This document shows, piece by piece, positions 23,066 through 33,721 of a stretch of 64,000 nt of DNA. Both the position numbers and the translations under genes were made by a program. The stretch comes from an uncultured Hormoscilla sp. (GTDB lineage Bacteria > Cyanobacteriota > Cyanobacteriia > Cyanobacteriales > Desertifilaceae), in NCBI GenBank assembly GCA_963921275.4, contig OZ001293.3, positions 4,832,001 through 4,896,000 of the forward strand. The letters are read 5' to 3'. The notes below the pieces were generated by a model, which saw nothing but the letters and a program-made list of their open reading frames with translations, did no database searches and was not told the origin of the DNA. Each line of letters begins with the position of its first letter. The stretch's first letter is position 1.

Positions 23066-23749
23066 AAGAAAATGGAATTGTTAAATAGCGCCCTCAAAGA
23101 TCGCCAAGCAGGCAGTTAAAGCAGGAAATGCTACCGGCGTATAGGGGAGAGCTAAAAGTTTCGCTCAATGGAGCCAGGGAACAAAGTCTCTGTGATTTCA
23201 TTGTAGTTAATTGAAGTTTACCAGGATGGGGAAAACCTCAATGCCCCGAGCCTGCCCGCTGCGCTGGGGCGCGCAGCGCATGCGATGCCTTCCGGGTTTT
23301 CGCCGTGCGTTCAGAAGGCATCGTAGGTTGCCTGCGTTGCATCCTGATTTTTCCGGAACGGTAGGCATCGAAAGGGCGATCTAATTGAAACCTCCGACCC
23401 TCTACCTCCTACTTTGGCAATCTTCTGAGAGATTCGCCGCCCCTAAAGCGTCTTAGATTTGTCTGCATTGCGCCGATAATCCCCCGGCTTTGCACAATCA
23501 CGGGATGATAGGCATATTTGCAAAAGCTTGAAATCTAGACTATAAGAGACTGGCGTTGCATAATCACGGGATGATGAGTCTCTTTGCATAAGTTTTAAAC
23601 GTATACTATAAGCCACTTTTAGTTATGTGCAAACAATGGCATCATCCTGAGATTGCCTCATTTATACTCTGGCAATTACATGCACCCGTGTAGTTCCCAT
23701 GTCGATACCCTCTCTGGTTCTGTACCAATCTAGCTAGCACAGGTTCATC

Positions 23750-24003
23750 ATTGACTAAAGCAGGCCAAATCCAGGGCCATGTTTTGCCGATCTAGGGCCA
23801 TTTTTTGCCGATTCAAGGCCATATTTGGGCTAAACTGAATTTGGGATGAGCGATTTAAGGCTAGCTATTGGTATAAAAACATGTATTAGCAAAAATGGGT
23901 CGAGTTTAATATAAACATTGCCATGTATTAGCAAAAATGGGCCTAGTTTTGGCTAAAATAAATTTGGTTAGTTCGACATACTAAAAAGGCTGATAGCCTT
24001 ACC
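23750..24003. repeat. Degenerate tandem-repeat element related to the end of the 62.7-63.2 kb element
   Basis: About 21-bp GGCCAT..TTTGCCGAT units; TGTATTAGCAAAAATGGG twice; shares TAAACTGAATT and AAAAAGGCTGATAGCCTT with 63135-63182. Confidence 0.55.
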
Positions 24004-24069
24004 AGCCTTAGCTTATAAAATCTGGCGAGCTTCGGAATATTCTTAATAAGAAGTTACGGTTTATAATTT

Positions 24070-24313
24070 CCAGCTCGACCCCTAATCCTTGTATGAGTCG
24101 TAATGTACAACCGGTGAAACCAGGCGCTCTACACCAGCCCCAAAAGCGGTGAGGGCTAATGCAACGAACTGCGGGCTTATAGAGGAGACCTAAGTACATC
24201 GCAAAATAACGTTTGGGAACAAAGTAACCCTCGTGGTGCTTTCCAACAGGACCAGTCAGATGTGAAGCGCACGTGGGGAAGGATAGCCTAAGAAGCAAAT
24301 GCCTAGGGTAACT
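24070..24313 (+). mobile_element. Group II intron remnants (3' tip of one intron plus a domain I fragment of another)
   Basis: CCAGCTCGACCCCTAAT is identical to the 3' end of the 41643-44531 intron; GGGAACAAAGTAACC..., AGATGTGAAGCGCA, GATAGCCTAAGAAGCAAATGCCTAGGGTAAC align to domain I of the complete copies. Confidence 0.75.
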
Positions 24314-24518
24314 GAGTCAGATGTTCGGAGTGCATCTCAATTAGGGAACCTCATAGTAATAATATTGAAAAAGCCCAAAAAAATTTCGGTAGAACACTTA
24401 ACAGTCAGAAGGAAAATGATCTAAGGTAGTAAAAGGCGAGTAAGGCTAGGTTAGGCCCTAAGCCATAAGCTCGAAACCCAACGAGGATAATCACTAATAA
24501 AGCACATGGAGGAATCTT

Positions 24519-25570
24519 ATGGCTGAATTTCACGTTAACACAGAAGCACAACTCTCCAAAGCGATTACCGCTTCCAAGAATAACGGTAAGGCAGATACCA
24601 TTAACATCACGGGAGATATTACCCTGACGAAGTTGCTACCCCTTATTGAAGAGGACGTCCAGCTCACGATAAATGGGGGCGACAACACCATTGATGGCAA
24701 CAATCAACACCGGCTGTTCTTTGTCAGAAGCGGTGTGGTCAATTTCGATGACCTGATCTTTAGCAACGGCCGGGCCCAGGGAGGCGATGGCAACGGCGGG
24801 GCGGCAGGCCTGGGCGGTGCCATGTTTGTCTATGACGGGAAGGTCAAGGTGACCGGTAGGGCGACCTTGTGGTTTCAAACAGCAGCTTTAACAGCAATAG
24901 CGCTCGTGGTGGCACTGGCGAGAACCCCGGCAAAGGTCTGGGGGGCGCCATTTTCGCCCTGCACACCCTCACCAATAGGAACGGGAACAACCAGGGCATG
25001 CCCAACACCCTGCCGACCGTAACCCTCTTAAATGTAGGGTTCTCGGGCAATAGCGCCGCTAATAGTGATAAAAAGCCCACTCCCAAGTCAATCACCTCGG
25101 GCACAATGGTGGACAGTGACGACCTGTTCGGCAACCACATCGAACGCACGAGTAACCCCTTTATCAACCCCAACACCCTTATCGACCCCAACACCCTCCA
25201 GGACGCTCGCCTGATCGATTTCTTTCGGAAAGTGAATAAAGACATCGATCGCCTGATCGATCTCCTGACGGGGACGTACAAGGGGGAACAAGTGGCAGGT
25301 CCAGAAGAGAAAGACGTGTCCTTTCGGAAAAAGAATGAAGACATCTTCATGAACAAAGACTTTTACCAATCCAGTGTTTTCGACCATCGCATCAATGGAA
25401 AGGACGATTTCATTGATGGCACCTACAAAGGATCGGGGTTTGAGCGAAGCTTCCTGAAGACATTGTCGAACATGCGATCGGGCTCAGATTCCGCGATTAA
25501 CGACCATGAGCTTGATCCCCTTAATGGAGATGATTTCTTTGCCATGATAGAGAACAGCAGGGCGATCTAG
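24519..25570 (+). pseudogene. Gly/Asn-rich surface or secreted protein, frameshifted near 24860
   Basis: TIDGNNQHRLFFV.SG, NGRAQGG.G.GGAAGLGGAMFV, continuing in another frame as FNSNSARGG.G...GKGLGGAIF. Confidence 0.65.
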
Positions 25571-25747
25571 TTGAAAGATCCGACTTTTACCTCCTACTTA
25601 GGCAATTTTCGGCGATGGGGGCTCTTCAGGTTCCGAAAGGGAGAGTGGGAAAGTGATTTCCCACTCTCCCCCTAATCCTGTCAGTAATGAGTATAACCAC
25701 CTACAACTGACCCCCCACAACTGACCTCCCACAACTGACAACTAACA

Positions 25748-26404
25748 TTAAAGAGAACTTTCCAGGGCGGCGGCCACCACCCGATGATCTTCATCCTTCA
25801 TCATATAGCTAATAGTAGACTTAGCTTGAGGGTGGTCAAATTTTCTCAGGGCCCGGGCAACTCTGGCCCTAATGCGCCATTCCGAAGAACTCACCAGGGG
25901 CAGGAGTTGCTGCAATACCTCAGCTTGCTTATTCCCGCCAGCTAGCACCCCAAATCCATCAATTGCGGCTTCTCGGACCGTGAGGTCTTCCCCTGCCAGA
26001 CCGCAAACGCAGACATCTAATAGTTCTTCAGGGCAGGGCATTTCGCAGAATGCGGCCATAATGCTGCGCCGCACCAACCAGTGGTCGTCCTGGTGAAATG
26101 CCAGCACCAGATGAGATGCGGCTATTTTCCCAAACATGGACAGGGAATTGGCAGCTTCCGCCCGCACATTCGGGTCTCGATCGCACTTCATCAACTCCAG
26201 CAAAGCGATAAAAGACTCCGGTGTCTGCTGGCGCCCCAGTCCCATTGCCACAAAGGAACGCACCAGAAACTCTGGATCTCGCAGTTTGCTCCGCAGCAGG
26301 GGGACTGCTTGCTTGGGGTTATAACCTCTCAGTTGGGCGATCGCCTTGAGGCGATCGGTCGAATCTGCGCTCGACAGAGCTGCTTCGATTTTTGATATAT
26401 TCAT
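25748..26404 (-). CDS. PBS-lyase HEAT-repeat protein (NblB-like)
   Basis: DPEFLVRSFVAMGLG, DRDPNVRAEAANSLS, DDHWLVRRSI; ATG 26404. Confidence 0.85.
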   Translation of the reverse strand: MNISKIEAALSSADSTDRLKAIAQLRGYNPKQAVPLLRSKLRDPEFLVRSFVAMGLGRQQTPESFIALLELMKCDRDPNVRAEAANSLSMFGKIAASHLVLAFHQDDHWLVRRSIMAAFCEMPCPEELLDVCVCGLAGEDLTVREAAIDGFGVLAGGNKQAEVLQQLLPLVSSSEWRIRARVARALRKFDHPQAKSTISYMMKDEDHRVVAAALESSL

Positions 26405-26503
26405 AGCACTATGGTGTTTTTGCTTGATTTTTCTAAATACTTTAGCAATCGGGGACAAGATTTGGGAACATGGTATCAGGCTACCCTTGAGAAAGCGAAG
26501 ATT

Positions 26504-26737
26504 ATGTCCGAAACTACCCTTACACCGGCATCTGCCGAAGAAATTGCCGAAGTGATTGCCGAGTTGGAGCAATATCGCCAGCGAATTATCGACGATAATC
26601 TGGAAATGGCTAAACAGATGAAACTACCCAAGAAACTGGCATTGGCCCAGCTGGAGAAACATCCCGAAATTGCCAAAATTGATGCCAATCTGGAACGCCT
26701 CCGGTCCCAGCAAACTACAACTTCATCAACAACATAG
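26504..26737 (+). CDS. Conserved small hypothetical protein
   Basis: EEIAEVIAELEQYRQRI...KLPKK; ATG 26504. Confidence 0.7.
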   Translation: MSETTLTPASAEEIAEVIAELEQYRQRIIDDNLEMAKQMKLPKKLALAQLEKHPEIAKIDANLERLRSQQTTTSSTT

Positions 26738-26746
26738 TAACAGATC

Positions 26747-27613
26747 GTGGAAACCGAAGCACTGACGCCAGAGGCTAGGGACAGCTTGCTGGCACAGATC
26801 GACGCACAACTGGCTACAGGAACCTTTGACAGCAGCGACTCCCAGCTACTGCAACGTCTGGTGGCTGCCTTAGCAGACGAGCGGGGCATGGTCAGATTTG
26901 GCTTTGTCGAAGCATTTGGCAAGATCGGTAAACCAATGGTTCCTTTTTTGCTAGCAGGTTTAAAGCATCCTAATCCAGTAGTGCGGCGTTCTGCTGGCAA
27001 GGGTTTAGCCAAAATTGGCGACCCCCAAGCAATTCCCTCTCTGATTCAAACCTTACTCTATGATGCCGATACTGTTGCTCGTAGTTCGGCAGCCGGTGCT
27101 TTAGCAAAAATGGGCCCGGAAGCGGTGCGGGCCCTGCTGGATGTTTTAGCTGGAGATTACCCGGAAACGGCAAAAGGTCACGCAAGCTGGGCGATCGCCT
27201 TTATTGGACCATCCGCCCGGGACTCACTGTATGGGGCGATCGACTCGGACTCTGCTGATGTCAGAACTGCCGTAGTCGGGGCGATCGCCAATATTGTGCA
27301 AGCAGAGACTGACGAACGGGCCTTAAAAATTTTGCTAGCAGCCTTAACAGACTCTTCCGAACAGGTGCGTGCCGAAGCTGCTACAGCTTTGGGAAGCGTC
27401 GGGCATCGACCGGCGGTTACACAACTAATTAACTTGCTAACAGACGATAGCAGCGAAGTCAGGAAAGCCGCAGCTTTGGCCTTGGGCAAAATCGGCGATG
27501 TCGCTGCCATTGTACCTCTGCAAGCCAAAATCGGTACTAGCGTCCAGTCAGAAAGCCAAGTTTTTGCTGTCGCCATTGCTCAGATAGAGAGGAAGAATTA
27601 CGATGACGAATGA
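26747..27613 (+). CDS. cpeF: E/F-clan bilin lyase, CpeF/MpeV family
   Basis: D.RGMVR.GF.EA.GKIG, HPNPVVRR, ETAKGHASWAIAFIG, SDSADVR.AVVGAIA; lyase versus lyase-isomerase subtype not resolved. Confidence 0.75.
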   Translation: METEALTPEARDSLLAQIDAQLATGTFDSSDSQLLQRLVAALADERGMVRFGFVEAFGKIGKPMVPFLLAGLKHPNPVVRRSAGKGLAKIGDPQAIPSLIQTLLYDADTVARSSAAGALAKMGPEAVRALLDVLAGDYPETAKGHASWAIAFIGPSARDSLYGAIDSDSADVRTAVVGAIANIVQAETDERALKILLAALTDSSEQVRAEAATALGSVGHRPAVTQLINLLTDDSSEVRKAAALALGKIGDVAAIVPLQAKIGTSVQSESQVFAVAIAQIERKNYDDE

Positions 27614-28304
27614 ATTGTCCGAACAGGTCAAACAACTAATAGCTAAAGCCAAAATTGTCAGCCTTGATAGTTGGCAAGCAAATTATCCCCAAGTAGTAAT
27701 AGAAATCTTCCAAAAGGCAGATAATGAAGGTCGATATCTCACTAATGGGGAGTTAGAACAGATTCAAACCTTAGTACCAGAAAAAGCGACTTTGGTAAAG
27801 ATCGCCCAATTGCTGCGCGATCGCTCATCAGAAATTGTAGATGAATCCCGGGAAAAAGTATTAGCAGCATTTCCCGACATTACCAAACCAGGGGGAGGAC
27901 TGTATCCTGCCAAACGGGCAGAAAATTGTTGGCGAGACTTCTGGCATTTTCTGCGCTGCATAACCTATGGAATAGCTGGCGGCAATCCCCATTATACCAG
28001 TACAGAAGGGATGCATTATATGGAATTATTGTACCAAGAGTTGCGCGTGCCTCTGGATGCAATGGTAGTAGGATTAGAAGCAGTCAAAGCGGCCAGTAAA
28101 GAGCGGGTACAGCCTGGGGAAGGAGAAGCGATAGGGCCCTATTTCGATCATTTAATTAATCATCTGAGACAGTTCCAGACAGCAGAAAATCGGGAGAGAA
28201 TGTCTAAATTTACATATTTCTTTGATTGTTGTGTAGGGAAATGGGCAACGGAAAGGACATACCATTATCTGAGCGATCAGAAAGTAGAGCGATCGCGCAC
28301 GTAA
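27603..28304 (+). CDS. aplA: Allophycocyanin-like protein, read through into the following lyase N-terminus
   Basis: LIAKAKIVS...FQKADNEGRYLT, PGGGLYP..RAENCWRDFWHFLRCITYGIAG. Confidence 0.8.
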   Translation: MTNELSEQVKQLIAKAKIVSLDSWQANYPQVVIEIFQKADNEGRYLTNGELEQIQTLVPEKATLVKIAQLLRDRSSEIVDESREKVLAAFPDITKPGGGLYPAKRAENCWRDFWHFLRCITYGIAGGNPHYTSTEGMHYMELLYQELRVPLDAMVVGLEAVKAASKERVQPGEGEAIGPYFDHLINHLRQFQTAENRERMSKFTYFFDCCVGKWATERTYHYLSDQKVERSRT

Positions 28305-28748
28305 TTTCATATCGAAGCCTTGCCAAAGGCGGGTAAGGTGAAAGTGTTAGAACAGAATCAACAGGAGATGAATCCGAACATTGAAAACCTGTGCGGATAT
28401 CATCTGGCTTTTGATACAGTTTCCGAAAAGGGCGATCGGGTATCCCAGTCACTGAATATGCTATTCGTGCCGACTCGGGAAACAGAACAGATAGTAGAAG
28501 GAGATTATTTGCGCGATCGGGCCTATGAAGAAGCCAAACAAATAGTAGCTCATTTTCGCTTTGACAGTAGCAACCTATAACTGTTAATGACTACTTACTA
28601 TACCCGGGTTGTATCCGTGGATTCGATTACACTGATCGACCCCAACTTAAGAATCCGCAAGATTCTCAACTACCAGCGTCCTCCAGAAGGTCAACCCCTA
28701 GAGAAGTTAGTCCTAGTGGGTTTTGGCGTAGAACAGAAAATCATCTAG
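28200..28748 (+). pseudogene. CpcS/CpcV-type phycobiliprotein lyase with two in-frame TAA stops
   Basis: FFDCCVGKWATERTYHYL...ERSRT*F...GDYLRDRAYEE...SNL*LLMTTYYTRVVSVDSITL...VGFGVEQK; TAA at 28302-28304 and 28578-28580. Confidence 0.85.
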
Positions 28749-29235
28749 CAGTTGTTAGACCAATTTTCTTTAGCGATGATCCTCCCAAAGGCTTATCTGA
28801 GCCGGACCTTTTTGCAAGGGGGGCTCAGATAAGCCCCCCTTTCGCAAGGGGGGGGTTGGGGGAGATCGGCAACAGGGTACTGGTAACTATCTGATCGCTC
28901 TACAGTATATGCCGGTACTACTCCAGCTCCCATTACCCCTAGCTTACGTAGTTTACGGGGGATGCATGAGGAGGAACTCAGAGTTGGCCCCTGATGGCGA
29001 TTCTGAGAGATTTCCAGTAGATGATTACATTATGTTAAGAAAATTAATAAATCTTAATAATCTAGGTGGTAGCAGTAGTGTATAAAGAGAAGGCAAGGGT
29101 ATAAAGGCTGAAAAGATTTAGCTCTGTATACCAGAGAACAGGATAGTAAATGGGTGGAGAGGGCGAATAGTTAAGTTTGTTAACATTAGACTGCCCCCCA
29201 TTCTCAGGAAAAGTAGTTGCTACCCAGGAGAGAGT

Positions 29236-30108
29236 ATGGTATTTGGACCGGCATCGGAATTAGGTGTGGCCCTGTTTGAGGACACAGAACCAGTAGAGCT
29301 ATGCTCAGGGCGCTCTGAGGAAGAAGTGGGAACGGTGATTCGCGCAGTGTACCGGCAGGTGTTGGGAAATGCCTACGTGATGGACAGCGAACGGCTGACG
29401 GTAGAAGAGTCGCAGCTGAAACTGGGCGAAATCAGCGTGCGGGAGTTCGTGCGTCAAGTAGCGAAATCAGATCTGTATCGTTCCCGGTTTTTCGACAGCT
29501 GCCCCCGCTATCGGGCAACGGAGTTGAACTTCAAGCATATTCTCGGTCGGGCCCCAAATAGCTACGAAGAGATGAAAGCACACAGCGCGATCTTGGATGG
29601 AGCAGGTTTTGAGGCGGACATTGATTCCTATCTGGATAGCGATGAGTATCAGAATGTGTTTGGGGAAGACATAGTACCGTTTTATCGGGGCTATAAAACC
29701 CAAACTGGTAAGAATATGGTTGGGTTTACCCATATGTTCCAACTCTTGCGCGGTGCTTCCAGCAGTGACCTGAAAGGGAATTTGTCGGGAAATGAACCAC
29801 GGTTGAATAAGTACGTGATTCAAGCCATACCCACGGCTGTAATTCCGCCTTCGGGAGCATCGGATGGTTGGTCTTTCCAAGATCCAACTCTGGGGGCGCG
29901 GACCCGACATGGAGTCGGAGCAACTTCCGAAGGCAAGGTATACCGGGTGGAAGTCACTGCCTATAGCTCGCCAGGGGCAGTCAATCGCGTCTCGAAATTC
30001 CGGCGCAGTAACAAGGTGTATCTGGTGCCCTTCGATCAGCTGTCGAAAGAGTACCAGCGGATTCACCAACAGGGCGGTAAAATTGCCAGTATAACTGTTG
30101 TTAACTAG
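29236..30108 (+). CDS. cpeC: Phycoerythrin rod linker CpeC
   Basis: FGPASELGV.LFE, PBS linker domain, C-terminal CpcD-like domain. Confidence 0.9.
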   Translation: MVFGPASELGVALFEDTEPVELCSGRSEEEVGTVIRAVYRQVLGNAYVMDSERLTVEESQLKLGEISVREFVRQVAKSDLYRSRFFDSCPRYRATELNFKHILGRAPNSYEEMKAHSAILDGAGFEADIDSYLDSDEYQNVFGEDIVPFYRGYKTQTGKNMVGFTHMFQLLRGASSSDLKGNLSGNEPRLNKYVIQAIPTAVIPPSGASDGWSFQDPTLGARTRHGVGATSEGKVYRVEVTAYSSPGAVNRVSKFRRSNKVYLVPFDQLSKEYQRIHQQGGKIASITVVN

Positions 30109-30185
30109 GATCCCCGGGCAAAAAAAACCTGTAGCAACGGGTAACGGGGGAAAGGTAAAAGTGATTTAGGAGGACGAATTTAAGA

Positions 30186-30938
30186 ATGGCAAATGAAACG
30201 GAACTATGGCCCACAAGCACTCCCGAGGAAGTGCAGGCGACAATCCGGGCGGTTTACCGACAGGTGTTGGGAAACCCCCATGTGATGGAAAGCGAACGAC
30301 TGGTAAGTGCAGAATCGCAATTGTCCGATCGTAGCATGACGGTGCGGGAATTTGTCCGGGCAGTGGCAAAATCAGATTTCTATCGCAGCCGGTATTTTGA
30401 GAGCTGTGCGCCCTATCGGTTCGTGGAGTTGAACTTCAAGCATTTGCTGGGACGGGCCCCCCTGTCACAAGCAGAACTGTCGGAGCATATCCAGATATGC
30501 ATTAATTCGGGCTACGATGCGGAAATCGACTCCTATATGGATAGCGAAGAATATGAGGCCAGGTTTGGCGAGAATATCGTACCTTACTATGTCGGGGCGA
30601 TCAGCCAGGTAGGGCAAAAGCAAGTTGGCTATAACCGCACTCTGTCCCTGGTGAGGGGTTGGGCAGAAATTGATAGTGCCACGGAATCATCTCGTTTGGT
30701 AGAAGCAGTGGCAACTAATGGTACGACGGAAATCCCGTTGCAGCCAAGTGGTCGCATAGCAGCTTATGCAGATGCCACGGAAAAGATGTTCAAAATTGTG
30801 GTGAAGGGGGCGAAATTTGACAGTCCTCGTCGTCGCAGCACAACGGAGTATATCGTGCCGGGCAGCAGGATGTCGCCGCAAATTCAGCGGATAAATCGCA
30901 CTAGCGGCACAATTGTCAGCATCACAGAAGTGGCGTAA
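30186..30938 (+). CDS. cpeD: Phycoerythrin rod linker CpeD
   Basis: [44 protein letters not shown]. Confidence 0.88.
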   Translation: MANETELWPTSTPEEVQATIRAVYRQVLGNPHVMESERLVSAESQLSDRSMTVREFVRAVAKSDFYRSRYFESCAPYRFVELNFKHLLGRAPLSQAELSEHIQICINSGYDAEIDSYMDSEEYEARFGENIVPYYVGAISQVGQKQVGYNRTLSLVRGWAEIDSATESSRLVEAVATNGTTEIPLQPSGRIAAYADATEKMFKIVVKGAKFDSPRRRSTTEYIVPGSRMSPQIQRINRTSGTIVSITEVA

Positions 30939-31020
30939 AATTGGTGGGACTAGCAAAAGGCTCCTAGTCCCGCAGTTGGTTAAATAAAGGTCAACCTGAT
31001 TGAAGGCAGGAGAAGATTGA

Positions 31021-31788
31021 ATGTTTCTATGGGCTGTTGAAAATCCCCCGATCGAACTGCGACCGAATGCAACAGAAGAGGATTTGCAAACGGTGCTCAG
31101 AGCGGTATACAGGCAGGTGCTGGGAAATGAGCACTTGATGGACTGCGATCGCCTAACGAGTGCAGAATCATTGCTGCGGAATGGCGACATCACGGTGCGC
31201 CAATTTGTGAATGTGGTGGCGAAATCAGAACTGTATCAAGAACTGTTCTTTCACTCCAGTTATCAGTACCGTTTCATAGAACTAAACTGCAAGCATTTGT
31301 TGGGTCGTGCGCCCCGGGACCAGGCAGAAATATCTGAACATGTTCAGATATACAAGGACCAGGGGTATGAGGCGGAAATCGATTCCTATATCGACAGCGA
31401 GGATTATATTGAGAACTTTGGGGAGAACATTGTTCCCTACCCGCGCTCAATTAACAGTCAGCTGGGAATAAAAAATGTCGGCTTTAACCGGATGTTTGCC
31501 TTGCTGGGTGGTTTTGCAAGCAATGACAGTGATAAACAGGCGAAGCTCATTACCTCCTTGGGTGCTAACCTGTCTCCGGCCATCAAAGCACCGGCTGTTG
31601 GCAATGGGGCGGAATATGGCAACACGGGCAAACGCTTCCTGATTACCTATTCGACTTCAATGGCAGCGGCGCGGCTGAACAAGTTGAGCAAGGTGGAATC
31701 ATTGGTAAGCTACAGTCAAATGTCTCAGGAAGTTCAGACCATTCATAAGCGGGGTGGGAAGATCCTGAGTATATTAGAACAGGTTTAA
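31021..31788 (+). CDS. cpeE: Phycoerythrin rod linker, CpeE-like paralog 1
   Basis: [34 protein letters not shown]. Confidence 0.78.
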   Translation: MFLWAVENPPIELRPNATEEDLQTVLRAVYRQVLGNEHLMDCDRLTSAESLLRNGDITVRQFVNVVAKSELYQELFFHSSYQYRFIELNCKHLLGRAPRDQAEISEHVQIYKDQGYEAEIDSYIDSEDYIENFGENIVPYPRSINSQLGIKNVGFNRMFALLGGFASNDSDKQAKLITSLGANLSPAIKAPAVGNGAEYGNTGKRFLITYSTSMAAARLNKLSKVESLVSYSQMSQEVQTIHKRGGKILSILEQV

Positions 31789-31860
31789 CAAGTTGGGATA
31801 AGCAGTCAGTGGCAACCGCCACTGACTACAGGAAAAATGACTAAATAAGGAGGAAGATAA

Positions 31861-32619
31861 ATGTCACTCTGGGTAACCTCAGAACCAACAGAATTAAGAC
31901 CAGATGCAACAGAAGCAGATTTGCAGACAGTGATTCGGGCAGCTTACAAACAGGTGTTGGGCAATCAGCACGTGATGGAGAGCGAAAGGCTATCAAGTGC
32001 AGAATCGATGCTGCGAAATGGCGAGGTCAGCGTGAGCGGCTTCGTGGAACTGGTGGCTAAATCGGAGTTGTATCAAGAACTGTTTTTTAACAGTTCTTCG
32101 CCCTATCGATTCGTGGAACTAAACTGCAAGCATCTGTTGGGTCGTGCGCCTAAGGACCAGGCGGAAATTTCAGAGCATGTCCAAATTTATAACTCACAGG
32201 GCTACGAGGCAGAAATAGACTCTTACCTCACTAGCGAGGAGTATCAGTCCAATTTTGGCCAGAATATCGTCCCCTACCCGCGCAACAATAGCACCCAGCT
32301 GGGGATCGCGAACGTAGGTTTTAACAGGACGTTTGCATTGATGCGGGGGGACGCCACCAGTGATAGTAGTAACCAGGCGCAGCTAATTGCTGATATCGCA
32401 GCTGACCTCCCCACAAAGATTACTGCGGCTCCTGCTGGCTCTGGCACTTATAGCAATACTGGTAAGCGCTTCCGGATCGCAGTGGCAAAGGCGGGAACGA
32501 CTCCTGTCTATAAGCAGAGCAACTTCGTCTATGAGGTGGCCTACGAGCAGATGTCTAAGAAAATTCAGAACATTCACAAAATGGGCAGCAAGATTGTCAG
32601 TATTACTGAAGTTGCCTAG
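31861..32619 (+). CDS. cpeE: Phycoerythrin rod linker, CpeE-like paralog 2
   Basis: MSLWV...ELRPDATE.DLQ, GFNRTFALMRG, NTGKRFRI. Confidence 0.82.
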   Translation: MSLWVTSEPTELRPDATEADLQTVIRAAYKQVLGNQHVMESERLSSAESMLRNGEVSVSGFVELVAKSELYQELFFNSSSPYRFVELNCKHLLGRAPKDQAEISEHVQIYNSQGYEAEIDSYLTSEEYQSNFGQNIVPYPRNNSTQLGIANVGFNRTFALMRGDATSDSSNQAQLIADIAADLPTKITAAPAGSGTYSNTGKRFRIAVAKAGTTPVYKQSNFVYEVAYEQMSKKIQNIHKMGSKIVSITEVA

Positions 32620-32738
32620 CTAGGGGTACTGGCGATCGCACCCAGCCTGCCCAAAAACAGAAGTGACGATCGCCAGTTATCACAAATCAAGCGGTCAGGT
32701 TACGTTCTCACCATTAGGTAAATTAGAGGTACTGTGAT

Positions 32739-32951
32739 ATGGCAGGAATGAATACCACTGGAACTCCCAAGAAGAGCGAGTATGACGATCGCACAGTGGA
32801 GATAGAGGTGACGGGTGTATGTCGTCAAGATGTGATGCGGACGGGTAACTTTACGATGAAAGTTACTCACAGCCGTATGGTTGAGGCAATGCAGAACATT
32901 AACAGTCTAGGTGGTAAGGTGTCCAAGGTGACGACGGCGCCATCAACATAA
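32739..32951 (+). CDS. Small CpcD-domain rod-capping linker
   Basis: IEVTGVCRQDVMRT.N....V..SRM..AMQNIN.LGGKV. Confidence 0.75.
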   Translation: MAGMNTTGTPKKSEYDDRTVEIEVTGVCRQDVMRTGNFTMKVTHSRMVEAMQNINSLGGKVSKVTTAPST

Positions 32952-33002
32952 ACAAGGAAACAGATAGGAAACTCAAAGATGGCCTGAGCTTCCTATCTGG
33001 GA

Positions 33003-33169
33003 ATGAGAGGGATGAAAATGTTAGGTGCGACAAAAGAGTCTGACTACAACAGTCGGATGGTGGAGGTAAAGTCAGAAGCAAACGCAAATCAGTTGAGGCG
33101 AAGAAAAAGAGCACGACAAAGACGAGTAAGTCGAAGAAATTGAAGCGGAAACCGAAATCCCAGAAATAA
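33003..33169 (+). pseudogene. Internally deleted second CpcD-like linker with a Lys-rich tail
   Basis: MRGMKMLGATKESDYNSRMVEV parallels the preceding gene's N-terminus; the tail KKKSTTKTSKSKKLKRKPKSQK* is in another frame and its stop overlaps the cpeS start (TAATG). Confidence 0.55.
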
Positions 33170-33702
33170 TGGATATTAGGGAATTTGTTAAACTTTCGAT
33201 CGGACGTTGGCGATCGCAGCGCAGCGGTCACAATTTGGCATTTAGCCATTTTGAAGAAGTGCGCTCGACTATTGATATAGTATCATTGGCAGCGTCGGAT
33301 AGCTCTGTAATTGAGCTGTGTAAGTCCGCAGGCATAGATCCAGCAGCAGCAATTAGTCCCTTTAGCATGAGTTGGGAGGGCCAATCAGATTGGGATGAAG
33401 AGGAAACTATCGTAGGTAACTGCGTCCTGGTGCCAATCCCCGATCGGGATAACATAAATCAGGGGAAATTACTGCGATCGCAGGGATATGCGGAAACGAT
33501 CGCCGCAGTAGGAGATTACTATTTTACCTCGGATGGCACTTTCGTCCTGCTGACAGAGTACGATCGGGCAGCAGCAGAGGAGAGAATCTGGTTTGCGACA
33601 GATAATCTCAGATTTAGAGTTTCTTCGATCAAAACCAGTGATGGAAAAGGTGTGGTAACGGCTTCCTTTGCCTCAGAGATTCGCTCGTTGTCGGGAAATT
33701 AA
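33169..33702 (+). CDS. cpeS: Phycoerythrobilin lyase CpeS
   Basis: SIGRWRSQRSGH.LAF.HFEEV.S, LLRSQGYAE, AAAEERIWF. Confidence 0.92.
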   Translation: MDIREFVKLSIGRWRSQRSGHNLAFSHFEEVRSTIDIVSLAASDSSVIELCKSAGIDPAAAISPFSMSWEGQSDWDEEETIVGNCVLVPIPDRDNINQGKLLRSQGYAETIAAVGDYYFTSDGTFVLLTEYDRAAAEERIWFATDNLRFRVSSIKTSDGKGVVTASFASEIRSLSGN

Positions 33703-33721
33703 TCAAGAGAAACGGGAAAAA

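Noticed and set aside
7559..28580. TAA reassigned to Glu (alternative genetic code)
   Set aside because: TAA terminates ntcA, psbH, psbN and cpeS at their expected ends, and TAG/TGA nonsense codons and frameshifts also occur, so decay is the simpler explanation
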